Made by a program: the position numbers and the translations under genes. From positions 1 through 50,548 of the IMG/VR virus record IMGVR_UViG_3300027852_000049: a stretch of 50,548 bases of DNA; one strand, given 5' to 3'. Within the stretch, counting starts at the first letter, position 1. Each line of letters starts with the position of its first letter. Under the pieces are notes generated by a model, which searched no databases, had not been told where the DNA came from, and saw nothing but the letters and a program-made list of their open reading frames with translations. This document shows, piece by piece, positions 47,492 to 50,548 of this stretch. Source of the DNA: a virus.

Positions 47492-48078
47492 AACCGGCTA
47501 TCAGCATATGCAGTACTTGTTGTCTGATATTCAGGTTGGACACAATCATCACCGTAAGAGTCTAACCCTTTCAAAACTTTTTCCATAAGAGTGATGTTAT
47601 CTGACAGTTGAGTGATGTTGATGTTATTGTGCTCAATTTTTTGAAGAAGAACACCCTCGTATAAGTTCGGACCGTCAGTAACACTCACCCTGCCCAACTG
47701 ATTGTGGAATATTTTGCTTTTATTCTCACAATTGGTGATCATCATACGTTGGTTCTCCAATGCTTCTTCAACAATGTTAATTGCTTTGGTAACGACGTTT
47801 CCTGACCAATCTTCGTTATTTATTATTTGACCAAATAATTCTGCTATCTTACCTGCCACTTCATCAACTGCTGGTTGCTGCTGGCAACCGTGTTTTTCAA
47901 AGTAGGCACGATCATCAGCAGTTTTGATCATGTTATACGCTGTCAGCGCCCGGTGAAAAGACTCATCGTCACCGCCCTCTTTATCAGGATGATGCACGTT
48001 AGCTTGATGCTTGAATGCCTTTTTAATTTCCTTGTCTGATGCGTCATCTTTAACGCCTAAAATTTCATATGGTGTCAT
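47488..48078 (-). CDS. J-domain (DnaJ-like) co-chaperone protein
   Basis: MTPYEILGVKDDASDKEIKKAFKHQANVHHPDKEGGDDESFHRALTAYNMI is a canonical J-domain with an HPD tripeptide. No Gly/Phe or zinc-finger DnaJ regions follow. ATGA overlap with the polymerase stop. Confidence 0.85.
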   Translation of the reverse strand: MTPYEILGVKDDASDKEIKKAFKHQANVHHPDKEGGDDESFHRALTAYNMIKTADDRAYFEKHGCQQQPAVDEVAGKIAELFGQIINNEDWSGNVVTKAINIVEEALENQRMMITNCENKSKIFHNQLGRVSVTDGPNLYEGVLLQKIEHNNINITQLSDNITLMEKVLKGLDSYGDDCVQPEYQTTSTAYADSRF

Positions 48079-50096
48079 CTTAATGGGTCCACTAATTTTT
48101 TAACTTCGTTAATATAATAATCATAATCGACATCACCTCTTGCTTGAGTGATGTCATTACATTCCGTTACGTTCCATCCGACACTAATACCTATGCGTCT
48201 GAATTTCTCAGGGTTTTCTTTTAAAGGTGGCATAATTTTAACGAGTTGTTGGGTAATACCGGGCACCGTGGGTTTACTAATATAATATCTTGTAATACGC
48301 TGAAGCTCTTCGATATCGCTGAATCCATCATTTAACACTAGACTACTAGACCTTGGAACCTTTGTACGGAGCATGAAGTCAAACAGGTTGTCATGATTCT
48401 TCACAAACGACTCTATGTCAGCATTCCGAACTAACGCTGCTTCAGCGGCCTTAGCTACAACGATGGAGCTATGATTCTGGTGCCAATCGAGTTCATATTC
48501 ATAAGCACCTTTACGCTTCAGCTTGCCGTCCTCATACTCACCGATGTAATTATTAACATCACGTATGAACATACGACTATATTTGACTGACTCTAGCTCA
48601 AGTTTCGTATAGTCTTCCCATTGCTTAGCTATATCAGCCACCATTTTTTCATGAACTCGTGGTATACGAACAGTCAAACCGTCAGTATTTATCTGAATCA
48701 TCTGTAAGTCAGGGATTACACGCAACCACTCGGCCAACATGCATAATAATAATTGACCATTGATTGTAATTCTCATGGTGTATAAAGGGTCATAGAAAGG
48801 GCTGTACTGATTATTGCTATCACCGTACACACCATTCAACGCAAGCTTTAACATTGCATTTTCAGGAGTACCTTTTTTGTGACTTTTACGTTGGTTGTAC
48901 ACGTCCAAATAGATATCACAGAACTGCTCACCAAGATGTTCAGGGTACAGCCTATTGGCTATGGCAAGGTTAGGGTAGTAACTGGCCACATCTAAATCAA
49001 TAATAATGTGATCATCGTCTGACTCAACGGTGGTTGACTCTATAGACCCGTGTATACCACCTGTGCCGAACACATAATTGAAACCATCAACTGTACAGTT
49101 CAGTCCTGATTTATCTTTCAACCCACTGATGAATCGGACAGGTTGATTCTTTAAAAGGTTGATGTCCAAAGAGGTTAATTTGACACCTTTCTTACGTTGA
49201 AACGTAGTAGCGGAAGGAGCCATTTCCTCAGTCAGATCATGAACTTTTATCATCGATGGATCCATGAAAGACGCCATTTCAGCAGACACTTCAATGGACT
49301 CAAACACACCTTTTGTTTTGGTTATATCTTTATTTATTAACCACTCTCGAACCAGTTGGAACGGTCTAGTTTTGAATACAACACTGCTCAGAACAGCAGC
49401 ACCCAACCTCATATGAGGCCGAGGGGTTTGCTTCATATTTTTGTTATTAATGCCCAGTTCCATCATGAAATAATCTTTACCAATTTTGGTATCATTATGA
49501 TTCATGAAATTACGGTTATACTTAGCACTTAACGTTTCACGAAATTCAATCATAGGCCTGCTGTGCTCCATGAATTTCAATGTTTCATCCACATCATTAA
49601 CGTTGTAAACTTTAAGGTTATCCATCTCAGGATATGTCAACATCGAACCGGGTTTGTAAGGCAGGTCTATTATGTTAGGCGACCTCATGTTGAACTCTAA
49701 CATCTTCAAACTTGTGGATTTAGATACGTTATCGTAATGCCATATTTTATACAGATCTATTTGTGGTACTAACGTTTCGCTATCCCACACTTGATGTCCG
49801 AAACCCCTGTCTGAGTCAATGATCGACTGTGCTTTCTTATACAACATATAAGAGTCTGCGTAACCGGCCATGCAAAGCGTATGAAGTACGGGGTAATCGA
49901 ACCCTATGTTATTGAAACCCACCATTCGACTATTAGAATTCATAAGGTACTTCATGAACCCTATAATCTCATGTGATTCATTAACCCTTTCCGATATTTC
50001 AAAGACACGGCAAGCACCATCGCTCACACGTTTCACAGCCATTGTGAAAATGTTCGGATAGGTTTCTAAATCGTAACCGTAGTCGTTATAAATCAT
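48075..50096 (-). CDS. DNA polymerase with DEDDy 3'-5' exonuclease; polymerase motifs look family-B-like
   Basis: Exo I is YDLET, Exo II is GFNNIGFDYPVL, Exo III is YNVNDVDET. Motif A-like is DLDVASYYPNLAI (compare DxxSLYPS). Motif B-like is KLALNGVYGDS (compare KxxxNSxYG). Motif C-like is QINTDGL (compare DTDS). Confidence 0.75.
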   Translation of the reverse strand: MIYNDYGYDLETYPNIFTMAVKRVSDGACRVFEISERVNESHEIIGFMKYLMNSNSRMVGFNNIGFDYPVLHTLCMAGYADSYMLYKKAQSIIDSDRGFGHQVWDSETLVPQIDLYKIWHYDNVSKSTSLKMLEFNMRSPNIIDLPYKPGSMLTYPEMDNLKVYNVNDVDETLKFMEHSRPMIEFRETLSAKYNRNFMNHNDTKIGKDYFMMELGINNKNMKQTPRPHMRLGAAVLSSVVFKTRPFQLVREWLINKDITKTKGVFESIEVSAEMASFMDPSMIKVHDLTEEMAPSATTFQRKKGVKLTSLDINLLKNQPVRFISGLKDKSGLNCTVDGFNYVFGTGGIHGSIESTTVESDDDHIIIDLDVASYYPNLAIANRLYPEHLGEQFCDIYLDVYNQRKSHKKGTPENAMLKLALNGVYGDSNNQYSPFYDPLYTMRITINGQLLLCMLAEWLRVIPDLQMIQINTDGLTVRIPRVHEKMVADIAKQWEDYTKLELESVKYSRMFIRDVNNYIGEYEDGKLKRKGAYEYELDWHQNHSSIVVAKAAEAALVRNADIESFVKNHDNLFDFMLRTKVPRSSSLVLNDGFSDIEELQRITRYYISKPTVPGITQQLVKIMPPLKENPEKFRRIGISVGWNVTECNDITQARGDVDYDYYINEVKKLVDPLR

Positions 50097-50290
50097 TAGT
50101 GTGTTTTAGGAATAATGATAGGTGAAGGGTTCTTTTTGGTTAATTTGACTATCTGATCCTGAAGTGCTTGCATAAATTTTACAGTGCTCTCGGGGTTCAA
50201 ACCGATCCATGTAACAGGTCGGTCAAACTCAATGATGATCTCATCAGATGTACTATGTACCGCTATATTAGGTTTACTCATATGCATCAT
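50096..50290 (-). CDS. hypothetical protein
   Basis: 64-aa ORF with a TAATG overlap with the polymerase start. No obvious SD. A hairpin lies immediately upstream. Confidence 0.45.
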   Translation of the reverse strand: MMHMSKPNIAVHSTSDEIIIEFDRPVTWIGLNPESTVKFMQALQDQIVKLTKKNPSPIIIPKTH

Positions 50291-50292
50291 TA

Positions 50293-50315
50293 AGTGGCGG
50301 CACTACACCGCCACT
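50293..50315 (-). other. GC-rich hairpin between the SSB stop and the next gene
   Basis: AGTGGCGG (50293-50300), CACTACA loop, CCGCCACT (50308-50315). On the minus strand it is followed by TTAATGATG, which is not a clean U-tract. Confidence 0.5.
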
Positions 50316-50332
50316 ATCCTTATAGTTAGTTA

Positions 50333-50548
50333 CTAAGGGTTAACGAACCCAGTGTGAGGCTGTACAACACCTTGTGACTGATCCAACTGTGCCTGTTGCA
50401 CTTTAGCCAACACATCAGGCTGCTGTTGCATCGCTGGCTGTTGCATCGCTGGCTGTTGCATCGCTGGCTGTTGCATCGCTGGCTGTTGCATCGCTGGCTG
50501 TTGCATCGCTGGCTGTTGCATCGCTGGCTGTTGCATCGCTGGCTGTTG
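50333..50548 (-). CDS. C-terminal part of the same SSB gene: MQQPA pentapeptide-repeat linker plus short tail (partial at window end)
   Basis: The ORF is open to the window edge. It encodes (QQPAM)n followed by QQQPDVLAKVQQAQLDQSQGVVQPHTGFVNP and a stop at 50333-50335. The repeat unit and reading phase match the array at 1..90. A Q/P-rich flexible linker before a short C-terminal tip is typical of bacterial and phage SSBs. Confidence 0.55.
   Translation of the reverse strand, partial: QQPAMQQPAMQQPAMQQPAMQQPAMQQPAMQQPAMQQPAMQQQPDVLAKVQQAQLDQSQGVVQPHTGFVNP
50430..50548. repeat. Same 15-bp tandem repeat, 7 full units plus 14 nt, truncated by the window end
   Basis: Units start at 50430, 50445, 50460, 50475, 50490, 50505, 50520 and 50535. 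A degenerate unit (aggctgctgttgc) precedes them at 50417-50429. Confidence 0.95.

Noticed and set aside
1-50548. Lysogeny module, diversity-generating retroelement or mobile element (integrase, repressor, reverse transcriptase, transposase, homing endonuclease)
   Set aside because: No translated ORF showed integrase (R..H..R..Y), reverse transcriptase (YxDD), transposase or HNH/GIY-YIG/LAGLIDADG signatures in my reading. The absence is provisional until profile searches are run.

Overview
The window reads as one complete, circularly permuted ~50.5-kb genome of a tailed dsDNA phage. The virion genes are podovirus-type: T7 gp11/gp12-like adaptor and nozzle, internal/ejection proteins and two beta-helix tailspikes, with no tape-measure, tube or sheath gene recognised. 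Both window edges fall inside the same perfect 15-bp tandem array, located in the linker of a minus-strand SSB gene, so that gene is split across the window ends. Coding density is very high, with many ATGA/TAATG start-stop overlaps. Two transcription units diverge from an 80-bp region at 2552-2631. (i) A leftward replication operon wraps through the window ends and stops at 47488: hypothetical, DUF2800/Cas4-like nuclease, DUF2815/gp2.5-like SSB, 64-aa ORF, family-B-like DNA polymerase, J-domain protein. (ii) A ~45-kb rightward unit starts with an SF2 helicase, NrdR-like zinc ribbon, ThyX, MazG, VRR-NUC nuclease, Cys-rich miniprotein, short TetR-type HTH and primase-polymerase/SF3 helicase. 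It continues with a block of small accessory ORFs (including a RelA/SpoT-type HD alarmone-hydrolase-like protein) and a 418-bp repeat-rich non-coding region. It ends with terminase small/large, portal, scaffold, major capsid, adaptor, nozzle, ejection proteins, fibre-like proteins, an 8-kb polyvalent-protein gene, two tailspikes and a holin / membrane protein / M15 endolysin cassette. No integrase, lysogeny module, phage RNA polymerase, tRNA, rRNA or CRISPR array was recognised. All functional calls come from motifs read in the supplied translations, my own hand translations, and memory of protein families. None has been verified by a database search.
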